Shown: one piece after another, positions 30,826-43,942 of the stretch
Layout: each line of letters starts with the position of its first letter
Numbering within the stretch: the stretch's first letter is position 1
Origin: an uncultured bacterium
GTDB lineage: Bacteria > Planctomycetota > UBA1135 > GCA-002686595
Length of the DNA: 64,000 bases
Direction: 5' to 3'
Assembly (NCBI GenBank): GCA_943787795.1
Contig: CALSNU010000001.1
Location: 160,001-224,000, forward strand
The notes under the pieces: model-generated
What the model saw: the letters and a program-made list of their open reading frames with translations, nothing else
The model's database searches: none
What the model was told of the DNA's origin: nothing
Program-made: the position numbers and the translations under genes

Positions 30826-31004
30826 TTGGGGGTGGAGTGTCACCGGGCCCAGATGAGAGACGGTGGCCGTGCAAGCACCGGAAGGGCCGCGCTTCGGAAC
30901 TCCCGGCCCCGGGCTGTTCCGGCGAAGGGCAGGACCGAAATGAGCCGCCGTTGGGCTACGGCGCGATGCGCGACGAAGGGCAGCGCCTGCAAGGACACCC
31001 CCAA
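30826..31004 (+). ncRNA. Candidate structured RNA / IS110-like non-coding end remnant
   Basis: Nested helices 30826-34/30996-31004, 30847-51/30952-56, 30860-67/30944-51, 30878-83/30917-22, 30884-89/30904-09. Confidence 0.4.
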
Positions 31005-31166
31005 CCGGTGGCGCTTCTCAGCTCCAATGGACGGGCGCTGCTCGTCAGCCTCTCGCTCTCACTCCGCGGAGGCACGCGTCCGGTCCGGCTTCTACCGGGA
31101 GCCTTCAGGATTCAGAGAAACTCCCCGGGCGGCTTGGCCGGTCGGGTGCGCTACGATGCCGCCGAG

Positions 31167-31844
31167 ATGCCCTGGATCCCCGGAGATTTCACGCACCACA
31201 TCCCGACCCCGACCTGGCAGGTCCGGCCTCGGGTCGAGCAGGTCGTGCGAGAGGCGGGACCTGAAGCGGTTGCGCTCGACCTCGGGGCAGGCGGGCGCCG
31301 TCTCGCTCCCAATGTCGTGTGCGTGGACTTCGTGCCCTTCCCAGGAACGGAGGTGGTCGGCGACGTACAGCGTCTCCCATTTGCAGACGCGAGCGTGGAC
31401 CTGATCGTAGCCACCGGGCTGATCGAGCATGTGGATGACGACCGAGCGCTCCTGAACGAGGCCTTCCGGGTGCTGAAGCCGGGCGGCATCGCGCACTTCG
31501 AGTTGCCCTTCTTGCAGTTCTATCACGACGACCCTGTCGACTATCGGCGCTACACCGTGCCGGGCCTCGAGCGAGAAATGGTCCGTGCAGGGTTTCAGAC
31601 CATCGAGAGCAACTTCAACATTGGCCCGACCGTCGGCCTGCTGTACTCCTTCATCTACTACGGGGCGACGCTTTTTGAAGGGCGCAACGTGGTCTCCAGG
31701 GTCTTGTCGAACCTGGTCTTCGTGTTCCTCTCCTTCGCCCTGTCCTGGCTGCGCTACGTCGACTGGTTCCTCAAGGACAAGAAGAGCGCGCATCGATTGG
31801 CGTTCGGCGTGTTTTGTACGTCGCGCAAACCGGCCAGCACGTAG
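31167..31844 (+). CDS. Class I SAM-dependent methyltransferase
   Basis: LDLGAGGR, GDVQRLPFADASVD, EAFRVLKPGG, PFLQFYHDDPVDYRRYT. Confidence 0.85.
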   Translation: MPWIPGDFTHHIPTPTWQVRPRVEQVVREAGPEAVALDLGAGGRRLAPNVVCVDFVPFPGTEVVGDVQRLPFADASVDLIVATGLIEHVDDDRALLNEAFRVLKPGGIAHFELPFLQFYHDDPVDYRRYTVPGLEREMVRAGFQTIESNFNIGPTVGLLYSFIYYGATLFEGRNVVSRVLSNLVFVFLSFALSWLRYVDWFLKDKKSAHRLAFGVFCTSRKPAST

Positions 31845-31946
31845 CCGCAGCCGGTCGGCGGCATCCAGCCGTGATGCGGTTCGCCCCGAGTGTGGTGACC
31901 ACCGAGCGGCTGCTGTCGGGGGGGGGGCGACGGGGATCGGATAGTC

Positions 31947-32276
31947 TCAGGTCATGGACCCTGCTGCGTTTGCGATCGGAGCACTGGCCCTCGCGCTCAC
32001 GGTCAGGCTGATGGCCGGGGGCGAGAGGGTCGCCTCGAGGGCCCAGCCGGGACCCGCGCCCCGGTAGATCTCCACTCTCCCCGGGCCCGATGACGTCAGC
32101 GGGGCCCTCATCCTCGCGCCCAGGGCGAGCGTGTCGCCGTCGAGCGCGACGGAGGCTCCGAGGCCGTCGTCGGGTGCAGCAGCGGGAGAGGTCACCACAG
32201 CCTCCGGGGTCAGCTGTCCCGAGGCTGCTCCGACGAGCGAGCAGGCGAGGAGGACGCGGAGGGCAGGACGCTTCAT
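31947..32276 (-). pseudogene. Truncated FG-GAP-repeat secreted protein (N-terminal fragment)
   Basis: Signal peptide plus one repeat (DGLGASVALDGDTLALGA...GRVEIYR...W.LEATL), then similarity ends and a stop follows. Confidence 0.5.
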
Positions 32277-32426
32277 GGGTATAGGGTAATCCCTATGTCG
32301 TCTTCTGGGGGCGAAGCCGCGTGCATTCCGCGCCGGGTGTCGCTGGACGGGGCCGCCACGACAGGCTCCGTACGGAGGGCGTCAAGGGCGCTCTCCCGTG
32401 CGGTGCCGTGTGGCCGCTCTCTCCCG

Positions 32427-32738
32427 TCACTCGGGTTTCTCGTCAGCCGCTTTCTCCCCTTTCAGCTCCTCGGTGCGGCGCTCGATCTCGGGCCGGAGGA
32501 AGCCCCACCAGATCGCGTTCCAGGGCGCGGCGAACATCCAGGCGTTGCGGTCCGTGATGTACGGGACGTCGGGGAGCGAGATGAAGCGTGCGTAGGCCGC
32601 GATGCTGAGGACGGACCAGATGACGGCGATCCAGCTGAGCGGCCGCTCGAAGCGGACCAGGGCCGCGGCGATGGGCCGAAGCCAGCCGTCCCACGCTGGG
32701 GTGACTGGTCGACGGTGCGGGGGCGAGGGGGACGTCAT
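32427..32738 (-). CDS. Small two-TM membrane protein
   Basis: Hydrophobic W-rich segments; 3 nt downstream of the preceding gene's stop. Confidence 0.55.
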   Translation of the reverse strand: MTSPSPPHRRPVTPAWDGWLRPIAAALVRFERPLSWIAVIWSVLSIAAYARFISLPDVPYITDRNAWMFAAPWNAIWWGFLRPEIERRTEELKGEKAADEKPE

Positions 32739-32741
32739 CGG

Positions 32742-33455
32742 CTAGCCGCGATCGTGGGTGCCGAGCCAGGAGCGGACCCTGGCGCCAGGGTCTTGCTCGA
32801 TGAGCTCAGGCAGCCCGTCGGCCGGGACCAGAGCGTGCTCGCCGTCGCTCCGGAGGACGTGGACCAGCCGCTCCTGGCGGAGCCGCTCGACGACGCCGTG
32901 CATGGTGGCGAGGCCCGCGTTCGGCCCGGTTGAGCCGCGCCAGGTTCCGGTGGGGCTGAAGACCTCACCCAGCTCATCCGTGAGGCGGACGACCACCTCG
33001 TCCTCGCCCTGTCGGGCCTCGACCCGGAGCGTCATCTCCACAGGTGTGGGGGCCTCGAGGGTGGCCACGGTCGCTGTCCCTTCGATGGTCAGCCCATGGC
33101 GGAGCCGGGCCCAGGTGACGCGAGAGAACGTCTCCAGTGCTTCCCGGTTGGTGGGCGGTTCATTCTGGGGACCCCAGGCCCAGGTAAAGGGGATGGGCCT
33201 CGGTCGCTGTGGAGGGGGAGGGGTCGACGCGGACGCCGGACCGGCGGCTTCGTCCTGCCGGCCCGCCTCATAGGCAGCGAGCATGAAGCGGCCGATCACG
33301 CCGCCTGTCAGGCCGAGGAAGATGAACCCGAGCAGGTTGACGTGGACCTGGCCACCAAAGAGTGCGACGACGAAGCCGAGGCCCAGAAACACGATCGGGG
33401 TCCCGAAGCACCCGGTCACGAACGCGGAGCTCTTCGTCCAGGAGGAGTGGGTCAT
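32742..33455 (-). CDS. Hypothetical membrane protein
   Basis: Two N-terminal TM segments, Pro-rich linker, soluble domain; ATG at 33455. Confidence 0.55.
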   Translation of the reverse strand: MTHSSWTKSSAFVTGCFGTPIVFLGLGFVVALFGGQVHVNLLGFIFLGLTGGVIGRFMLAAYEAGRQDEAAGPASASTPPPPQRPRPIPFTWAWGPQNEPPTNREALETFSRVTWARLRHGLTIEGTATVATLEAPTPVEMTLRVEARQGEDEVVVRLTDELGEVFSPTGTWRGSTGPNAGLATMHGVVERLRQERLVHVLRSDGEHALVPADGLPELIEQDPGARVRSWLGTHDRG

Positions 33456-33716
33456 CTGTTGGCGCGAGCGGTCGGGGGATGCGAGCGGGACCCCGGCGGG
33501 ACCTGGCGTCTCCGCCCACCTGGGTTCCTGGACAGACCATTCTGGGGGATGGGGCTTGGGGCGCAAGAGGCGCTAGCGTCCACGGTAGCAGGCCATCCCG
33601 ACGCAGGCGGCGGATGCCCCGGGGCCGAATGGGCTTCGGCCTCACCGACCTCGACGCGGAGGCGACGCGGTGAGGCGCGCCTTCCGTGAAGGACCGGAGC
33701 CCGAGTGGCGAATGGC

Positions 33717-37468
<3,752 letters not shown>

Positions 37469-37472
<4 letters not shown>

Positions 37473-38428
37473 CGTGCTGCGCTGGCAGGTTCTGTCGCGC
37501 CCGCCACCTGTCCGGTGGCGAGGAGGGTCATCAGGTGCGGAGGCTGCGGGTCGCGGGCGGCGCGGTCGACGGCGACGTCCTTGAACCCTGCGGCCTCGAT
37601 GTGCTTCTTGAGGTCGGCCTCGGTGAAGCCGAGGTGAATGTGCTGGAGCCTGTCGCGCACCCACTCCTCGCCGTGGGCGAGCAGGTCGAGGACGAGCAGC
37701 TGTCCCCCCGGGCGGAGGATGCGGCGCGCCTCGCGCAGGGCCTGGCCGGGGTCGTGGGCGTGATGCAGCGCCTGGCTGAGGACCGCCACGTCGTAGGAGC
37801 CCGACTCCAGCGGCAGGTCCACGATGTCGGCCTCGAGGGTATCGACGTTGGTGATCCCCTTCCCGCGGGCCCGTGATTCGAGCTGACGCAGCATCTCCGG
37901 GGAGACGTCCACGGCGGTGACCGACTCGGCCACCTCGGCGAGCATGAGCGTCAGCATTCCATCGCCGATCCCGAGGTCCACGTAGCGGGCGCGCGGGGCG
38001 AGGCGCAGGATCCCACGGGCGAGGCCCTCCCAGGTCCGACCGGGTAGCACCTGCTCGTCGAAGGCCGCCGCGACCCGGTCGAAGTAGGAGCGTGACTCCT
38101 GACGGCGCTTCTCCATGGCCGCCTGGTAGCCCGCGTCGTCGGCGCGGAACTCATCGGCGAGCTGGGCGTCGTCGAGCACCTGGACGATCAGCTCCAGGGA
38201 GCTGCAGGTGCAGAGGCTGTAGAAGCTCCGGCGGCCGGCCTTGCGGTGGGCCAGGACGCCCACCTCCTTGAGGTGCGTGAGCTGGGTCGAGATCCGGCTC
38301 TGGCCCATGTTCAGGATCTCCTGCAGCTCTCCGACGGAGAGCTCACCCTTGCGGAGCAGGTTCAAGATCCGCAGTCGGGTCTCGTCTCCGAGGGTCTTGA
38401 GGAGCCTTGAGGTGGTTGAGAGGGCCAT
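37469..38428 (-). CDS. ArsR-HTH + SAM-binding methyltransferase-fold regulator (SahR/SamR type)
   Basis: [12 protein letters not shown]...[11 protein letters not shown], then DLGIGDG and SQALHHA; translationally coupled to metH. Confidence 0.88.
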
Positions 38429-38445
38429 CGCTCTATAGAATAGCA

Positions 38446-38467
38446 CCCATCGAGATATCTTGATGGG
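38446..38467. promoter_or_regulatory. Palindromic operator, probable SahR/SamR autoregulatory site
   Basis: CCCATCGAGATATCTTGATGGG, a 22-bp near-perfect palindrome just upstream of the regulator ATG (38428). Confidence 0.7.
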
Positions 38468-38632
38468 TTCTTATCCGAATGGGACGATGGATCTTCCCCA
38501 TGGGGCAGAACGACGCTCCTTGCCCCCTCGGAGGCGGTCCATGACCCACCCGAGATCTCCCCTGCAGCCTGACCGACCCCTGCGCGGGTCCCCGCCGAGG
38601 ATCCCGCCGAGCTCGCGGACCGTGGTCCGCCC

Positions 38633-39706
38633 CTAAGGCGCCGTCGCGGCGCTGCCTTCCGGGGACGGCAGCGCCGCTCGGACGAGCTCCGCGGCGCCGT
38701 CCACCCAGGTGGTGTGGGTGTTGAGCGAGGGGATCAACACCAGCCGCTCGCCCCCGGCCTCCTCGAAGTCCTCCCGCGCGCGGATCCCGATCTCCTCGAT
38801 GGTCTCGAGGCAGTCCGCCACAAACGAGGGGCAGAACACGGCGACCTTCTTCGCGCCAGCCTTCGCCAGCTCGGGGACGACCTTGTCGGTGTAGGGGGTC
38901 AGCCAGGGCGTGCGGCCCAGCCGGGACTGGAAGGCCGTGGAGTAGGTGCCCTCCTCTAGCCCGAGGGCCTTCACCACGGCGCGCGTGGTGGCGTAGCAGT
39001 GGGCGCTGTAGCACTGGCGGTTGGCCGCGCAAATGGACTGGCAGCAGTCGGGCGTCTTGAGGCAGTGGCTGCCGGTGTCGTCGCTCTTGATGACATGGCG
39101 CTCGGGGACGCCGTGGTAGCTGAAGAGCACATGGTCGGCTTCCAGCTCGTCGAGCACAGGGCGGGCCACGGCGGCGAACGCCTCAACGAACTGGGGAGCG
39201 TCGTAGAACGGCGGCACCACGCGAACGAAGGGCGTGTTCCACAGCTTGCCTGCTTGTCGGTAGACCTCCTCCACCGCCGAGCCCGTGGAGCTGGAGGCGT
39301 ACTGGGGGAACAGCGGCATCATCACCACCTCGTCGCAGCCGCGGGAGGCGAGCTCCTTCAGGCCAGCCTCGATGGAGGGGTTGCCATAGCGCATGGCGAG
39401 GACCACCTCGACCTCGGGCAGCCGCTCTTGGACGCCTGCGGCCAGGGCCTTGCCGTGGACGAGGAGCGGCGAGCCCTCCTCGGTCCAGACCTCCCGGTAA
39501 GCCTCCGCCGACTTGCGCGGCCGGAGCGGGAGGATGATCAGGTTGAGCAGGGCGGCCCGGCCGATGGGGTTGATGTCCAGGACGCGAGGGTCCGAGAGGA
39601 ACTGCCGCAGGTAGCGGCGCACCTCGGGGGTCTGGGGCGCATCGGGGGTGCCGAGGTTCACCAGGAGAACGCCAGGGCGGCCATGTTGGGTTCCGTGCTC
39701 TTTCAT
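38633..39706 (-). CDS. hemH: Ferrochelatase
   Basis: GVLLVNLGTPD, FLSDPRV, AMRYGNPSI, PLFPQYASS, FSYHGVP, FQSRLGR.PWL.PYT, FVADCLETIEEI. Confidence 0.96.
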   Translation of the reverse strand: MKEHGTQHGRPGVLLVNLGTPDAPQTPEVRRYLRQFLSDPRVLDINPIGRAALLNLIILPLRPRKSAEAYREVWTEEGSPLLVHGKALAAGVQERLPEVEVVLAMRYGNPSIEAGLKELASRGCDEVVMMPLFPQYASSSTGSAVEEVYRQAGKLWNTPFVRVVPPFYDAPQFVEAFAAVARPVLDELEADHVLFSYHGVPERHVIKSDDTGSHCLKTPDCCQSICAANRQCYSAHCYATTRAVVKALGLEEGTYSTAFQSRLGRTPWLTPYTDKVVPELAKAGAKKVAVFCPSFVADCLETIEEIGIRAREDFEEAGGERLVLIPSLNTHTTWVDGAAELVRAALPSPEGSAATAP

Positions 39707-39811
39707 GGAGGGAGGAGGCTCAACGACCGCGAACTCTCTCGCAAGTCTCGATACGCTTCCGTCCTTCGGATTCGCACGACACTTCGATCTGGAGGCCGAA
39801 TCCTCCCGCCC

Positions 39812-41791
39812 ATGACCGCTCCTGAACAGCCTGCCGCAGGGTCCTCCGCAGAGGGCACCTCCGCTCCGACGCCGGTGAGCGGGCGGCCTCGGTGGGGGCG
39901 GCGCCTCACGTGGCTGGGCCTGATGCTCGGGGCCGTGCTGCTGCTCGGCCCCCCGCTGGCTGGACGCTGGCTGCGCGTGGAGCTCGAGCGCCTCGCTTCC
40001 GCGGAGGTCCAGGGGGAGGTCACCCTCGAGCACCTGAGCCTGCGGCTCAACGGCAAGGTGTACCTCGAGGGCCTCCGGGTCGTAGACGAGCGGGGGGACA
40101 CCGTCCTGTTCTCCCCGCGTGGCATGATCGACGTGGGCCTGCGGGCCTGGCTCACGGGCCGCAGGGACCTGGCCGTGCACGTGTACGGTTCGGAGCTGGA
40201 TCTGGTCCAGGACGGTGAGGGCCGGTGGAACGTCGAGCGGCTGCTCGCCGCCGACGATGGGGGCGGCCCCCTCAGCAAGCCCAGCCAGGAGCCCAGCCCT
40301 GAGCCTCGAGGGGAGCCCAGGGGGGAGAGCCAACCTCCCGCTGGCGACGGGCCCGCGCCCCGCCGCCGACCGCTGGACCTCCACGGCCGGGTCGAGTTCG
40401 CAGAGTGCACGGTGACCGTGCGCTCTCCCGAGAGCGCCCTACAGCTCGCGGACGTCCGCTTCACCATCGGCCTCGACGGCCCCGAGCAATCCTCCGCCGT
40501 CCGCCTCGAGGGTCATGTCTTCGGCGGGACGGGCAGCGTCGGAGACTTCTACGCCGACCTCTTCCTCTGGCCCGACGCTGGCCCTGGCCTCGAGGTCGAC
40601 CGCATCGACGTCACGGACCTCGAGCTGGGAGTCGTCCGGGAGGCCATGCGCCTCGTCGGGGTCGAGGCGGACGAGCGACTGTCGTTCGGGGGGACCGCCG
40701 ACCTGCACGTCGGGGGCGGCGCCGAGGATCTCCGGGCCGACGCGCCCTTCGCCATCGAGGCCACGGCCGAGCTCCAGGGGCTGCAGGTGGAGTACCCCGA
40801 CGGAGCAGGCGGGCTCGCCTCGATCGCAGAGGGTGATCCCGTCCGCCTCCGCGTGAAGGTCGCCAGGTTGGTGGACGGCGACACCCTGGATCTCGAAGGG
40901 ACCCTGGAGGCGCGAGACGGCGAGGTGCGCGCAGACTTCGCCGCTGACCGGGAGCTCCGAGGGGAGTTGCGGCTCGACGGCGCGTCCCTGGACACGACGC
41001 TGGCGCCGCTGGTGGCGAGGCTGCACCCGGCGGCGCCGCAGCCTTCGAGCGTGGCGCTCACGAGCGGGGCCCTGGGCCTCGTGGACGCCACGGTCTCCCT
41101 GGGAGGCGCCTCCCCCGGGCGCTGGTCGGACCCCTCGGCCTGGTCCGGCGGCGGGAGCCTGACCCTCCGCGAGGTGGACCTCGCCCGCTCGCCGCTCGTC
41201 ACCGGTCTGCTCGACGGGCTCGGCGCCGCTGGCCTGCTCCCGGCGATCGACAGGGCGGGGGTCGAGGTCACCCGGGTCGCGGCCACGCGACCCCTCAACT
41301 GGTCCCTCGCGAACGGACGGGTGACGTACCCGGACCCGTGGACCTGGACCATCGCTGAGCTCGAGACCACCTTCACGGGCTCGGTGGGCCTCGATCGCAC
41401 CGTGGACCTGAGCTGGAACGTCCCCGTGGACGCCGCCCTCGCGGGGTCGAAGGACGCCCTCCGGTGGCTGGAGGGCGAGACCCTCTCCGTCGAGGTCGGA
41501 GGCACCCTCTCGAGGCCGACCGTCGACTTCGACGCGGCGCTCAAGGACTTGCTGGGTCGAGCCACCACCGGCGGGCTAGAGGGCGGGCTCGGCGGCCTGC
41601 TGGAGCGAGAGCTGGGCCTCGGAGGCGGAGGCGCCAGCCCTGCAGCGCTGCTCCGAGAGGCGGACCGACTCTGGTCCGAGGGAGACCGGGCGGGCGCGGC
41701 GCCGATCTACCGAAGGATCCGCGACGAGTTCTCCCTGTCGCCCGTCTACCTCCTGAACCGCGATCGAATCAAGTCGCGCCGCAACGGCTGA
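39812..41791 (+). CDS. AsmA-like membrane-anchored beta-rich protein
   Basis: N-terminal TM, G.WNVERL, F.GSVGLD.TVDL, V.VGGTLSRP.VD. Confidence 0.6.
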   Translation: MTAPEQPAAGSSAEGTSAPTPVSGRPRWGRRLTWLGLMLGAVLLLGPPLAGRWLRVELERLASAEVQGEVTLEHLSLRLNGKVYLEGLRVVDERGDTVLFSPRGMIDVGLRAWLTGRRDLAVHVYGSELDLVQDGEGRWNVERLLAADDGGGPLSKPSQEPSPEPRGEPRGESQPPAGDGPAPRRRPLDLHGRVEFAECTVTVRSPESALQLADVRFTIGLDGPEQSSAVRLEGHVFGGTGSVGDFYADLFLWPDAGPGLEVDRIDVTDLELGVVREAMRLVGVEADERLSFGGTADLHVGGGAEDLRADAPFAIEATAELQGLQVEYPDGAGGLASIAEGDPVRLRVKVARLVDGDTLDLEGTLEARDGEVRADFAADRELRGELRLDGASLDTTLAPLVARLHPAAPQPSSVALTSGALGLVDATVSLGGASPGRWSDPSAWSGGGSLTLREVDLARSPLVTGLLDGLGAAGLLPAIDRAGVEVTRVAATRPLNWSLANGRVTYPDPWTWTIAELETTFTGSVGLDRTVDLSWNVPVDAALAGSKDALRWLEGETLSVEVGGTLSRPTVDFDAALKDLLGRATTGGLEGGLGGLLERELGLGGGGASPAALLREADRLWSEGDRAGAAPIYRRIRDEFSLSPVYLLNRDRIKSRRNG

Positions 41792-41796
41792 GCGGC

Positions 41797-42552
41797 TCAG
41801 GTCGCGGGGTCGCGGCGGGCTGAAGCGATGAGCACGCGGTTCATGGGGGAGATCGTCGCGGCGATCGACTTCCACCGCACGCGGTGCCCCGCCTGCTCGA
41901 GGGCGTAGGTGCGGTGGACGTCGATGGCCTCGTCCGCGCCGAGGGCGAGCTTGAGCCCTTCGGGCGCGGGGTGTCCGCGGTGGGGCCGGCAGCACGGGAG
42001 CGCCGCGATGGCGCCGCCGGCCTCTACGGCCAGCTCGATGGCGCGATCGGTGCGCAGGCCGCAGGCGTGGATCGCGATCACGCCGGTGCCGGGCTCGAGG
42101 GTGGTGCGCTTGAGCTGCTCCCGGCGCCACTCGACCTTGGGCGGCGCCCAGGGGGCCACGTCGGCGGCGGCCTGCAGGATGAGGTCGGCGCTCGCCGGCC
42201 GCTCGCGGTCCACGAGGTGGACGCGCTCGACCTCGCGCTCGAAGATGGCGAAGAGGAGCCCCGCGAGGCCGTGGCCGCAGCACAGGTCCGCGACCACCGG
42301 CGCGCGCACCGCCTTGCGAGCGAGGGCGAAGACCTCGGTGGCCTCGAGCAGCTCCTTGAGGCAGGTCGCCCTTCGCTTGCAGAGCGCACGCGCGAACGCC
42401 GCGGGGAGCGAATCACCCGTGAACAGCCGCGCATCCTCGGGCCGGAGGGTGCTGCGAGATCCATGGAGCGAGGGGCGGGAGGACAGCTCGCGGTGAAAGC
42501 GGAGCTTCGCGGGGGACCCCGCCTCGCCTTCATTGCTTCGCTGTTCTTCCAT
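41797..42552 (-). CDS. SAM-dependent methyltransferase domain protein
   Basis: VADLCCGHGLAG, AIHACGLRTD, ALPCC, SPMNRVL. Confidence 0.8.
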   Translation of the reverse strand: MEEQRSNEGEAGSPAKLRFHRELSSRPSLHGSRSTLRPEDARLFTGDSLPAAFARALCKRRATCLKELLEATEVFALARKAVRAPVVADLCCGHGLAGLLFAIFEREVERVHLVDRERPASADLILQAAADVAPWAPPKVEWRREQLKRTTLEPGTGVIAIHACGLRTDRAIELAVEAGGAIAALPCCRPHRGHPAPEGLKLALGADEAIDVHRTYALEQAGHRVRWKSIAATISPMNRVLIASARRDPAT

Positions 42553-42667
42553 GGCTCACCACCCCGTGTTCGCTTCGCTGGCGTGAGGCCACGAGATGGT
42601 AGGCCAGCGGAGTCCCAAGGGGGCGGCCCTGTTCCCGGGGACGTGGCTCCCGACGGCCTTGCGCTGA

Positions 42668-42706
42668 GCCGTAAGTTCGGGGAACAGCCGCAAGTTCGGG
42701 GAATAG
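42668..42706. repeat. 19-bp direct repeat, 2 copies, in a divergent intergenic region
   Basis: gccgtaagttcggggaaca / gccgcaagttcggggaata. Confidence 0.6.
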
Positions 42707-42790
42707 AAGCGAGGCGAACGCGTCTCTCCCTCGCACTGGCCGGCGCCGCGTCCGCCGCACCACTCATCTTCTTACAACGATTACCGTGCC

Positions 42791-43708
42791 ATGCGAGTCC
42801 ACCCGACGGTCTGCCTGGGCCTGAGCCTCTTTCTCCTCCAACCGCCCCTTGCTTCCGCCAGCGTGTCGCCGGAGGAGGGGGCCGTTCAGCCTTCAGTCGC
42901 GCCGGTCATCGGAGACGACCTCTTCCCTGCAGCGACCGGAGCGCTCGAGGTCGTCCTCGACGACGGGGGGGAAGGGCCGAGCTTCCTCGAACTGACTCGC
43001 ACGTACGGCGTCCTCACCGGTCAGCACGTCACCTTCAGCGAGGAGACCAAGGTGCTGCTTGAGGCGTCCAGGGTGCAGCTGGACCGGAGCCTCGAGGTTC
43101 CAGCGGCGGATGTTCAGCGGATCTTCGAGGTGATGCTCCGCCAGTCCAGCTTCAGCCTCGCAGTGGAGAGCGCGGCGTCGCCGAGGGTGCTCAGGGTTCG
43201 AAGCCTCGAGTCCATCGAGCGGAGCGATATCAAGCAGACGAGCAGGCTGATCACCGCCGATCAACTGGAGCTGGCGCGCCGCCATCCGGCCCTGCAGTTC
43301 CACGTGGTCGTGGCGCTTCCCCACAGCGACGTGCGCCAGCTGAGCAACAGCCTCAGGACGATGATCAAGGATCCGGTCACCACCATGCTGCTCCCCGCGG
43401 GAAACAGCTCCTCCATGGTCGTCGGTGGGTTCGGGGACTGGGTGTTCGAGCAGGCCAAGATGCTGCAGGCCATGGACGCGGCGGCGGCCAGCGCTCAGGT
43501 CGAGCGCGGCGAGATCATCATCGCCCTGTCCACAGGGCGCGCAGAGGCGATCGCCGAGACCCTGAAGGGAGTCTTCAGCGACTCGAGCACGCGGCGGAAT
43601 CACCAGGTCTTTATCCGGGCCAGCGAGGAGACCAACTCGCTCCTCGTCAGCGCACCGAACAGCCGGATGGAAGCGATCCGGAGGGTGATCAACGCCCTCG
43701 ATCGCTGA
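42791..43708 (+). CDS. Secreted protein made of secretin (GspD) N-terminal-like domains, no barrel
   Basis: Signal peptide; L.HSDVRQL, GNSSSMVV.G, RAEAIAETL, IRASEETNSLLVSA...IRRVINALD. Confidence 0.65.
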   Translation: MRVHPTVCLGLSLFLLQPPLASASVSPEEGAVQPSVAPVIGDDLFPAATGALEVVLDDGGEGPSFLELTRTYGVLTGQHVTFSEETKVLLEASRVQLDRSLEVPAADVQRIFEVMLRQSSFSLAVESAASPRVLRVRSLESIERSDIKQTSRLITADQLELARRHPALQFHVVVALPHSDVRQLSNSLRTMIKDPVTTMLLPAGNSSSMVVGGFGDWVFEQAKMLQAMDAAAASAQVERGEIIIALSTGRAEAIAETLKGVFSDSSTRRNHQVFIRASEETNSLLVSAPNSRMEAIRRVINALDR

Positions 43709-43942
43709 CCGCGAGGGCGCAGGTCCGCGTGTCCCATGGGGCCCGGGGGTGGTCGGATAACGACCACCCCCGGGCCTCTTCCATGGGCGGCCAAGGGGCC
43801 GGTTGGCCAGAGGGGGCCGGGTCGCAAAAAGGGGCAGGGCGGCGCGGCCGATGTGCCGCAGTGGTAAGGCTCCGGTCGCGGAGCGGGCGCGGTCGGCGGC
43901 GTGCCTCTAACCTGGGGCCTCCCTCACCCCGATCCGTGACCG

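Noticed and set aside
38470..38632. SAM or cobalamin riboswitch upstream of the metH operon
   Set aside because: No riboswitch core motifs seen; a protein operator palindrome explains the regulation
39707..40384. N-terminal extension of hemH, and similar extensions of dctM, NMO, RRM, metH and the methyltransferase at 30810
   Set aside because: Low-complexity Arg/Pro/Gly read-through overlapping neighbouring genes; family homology begins at later starts
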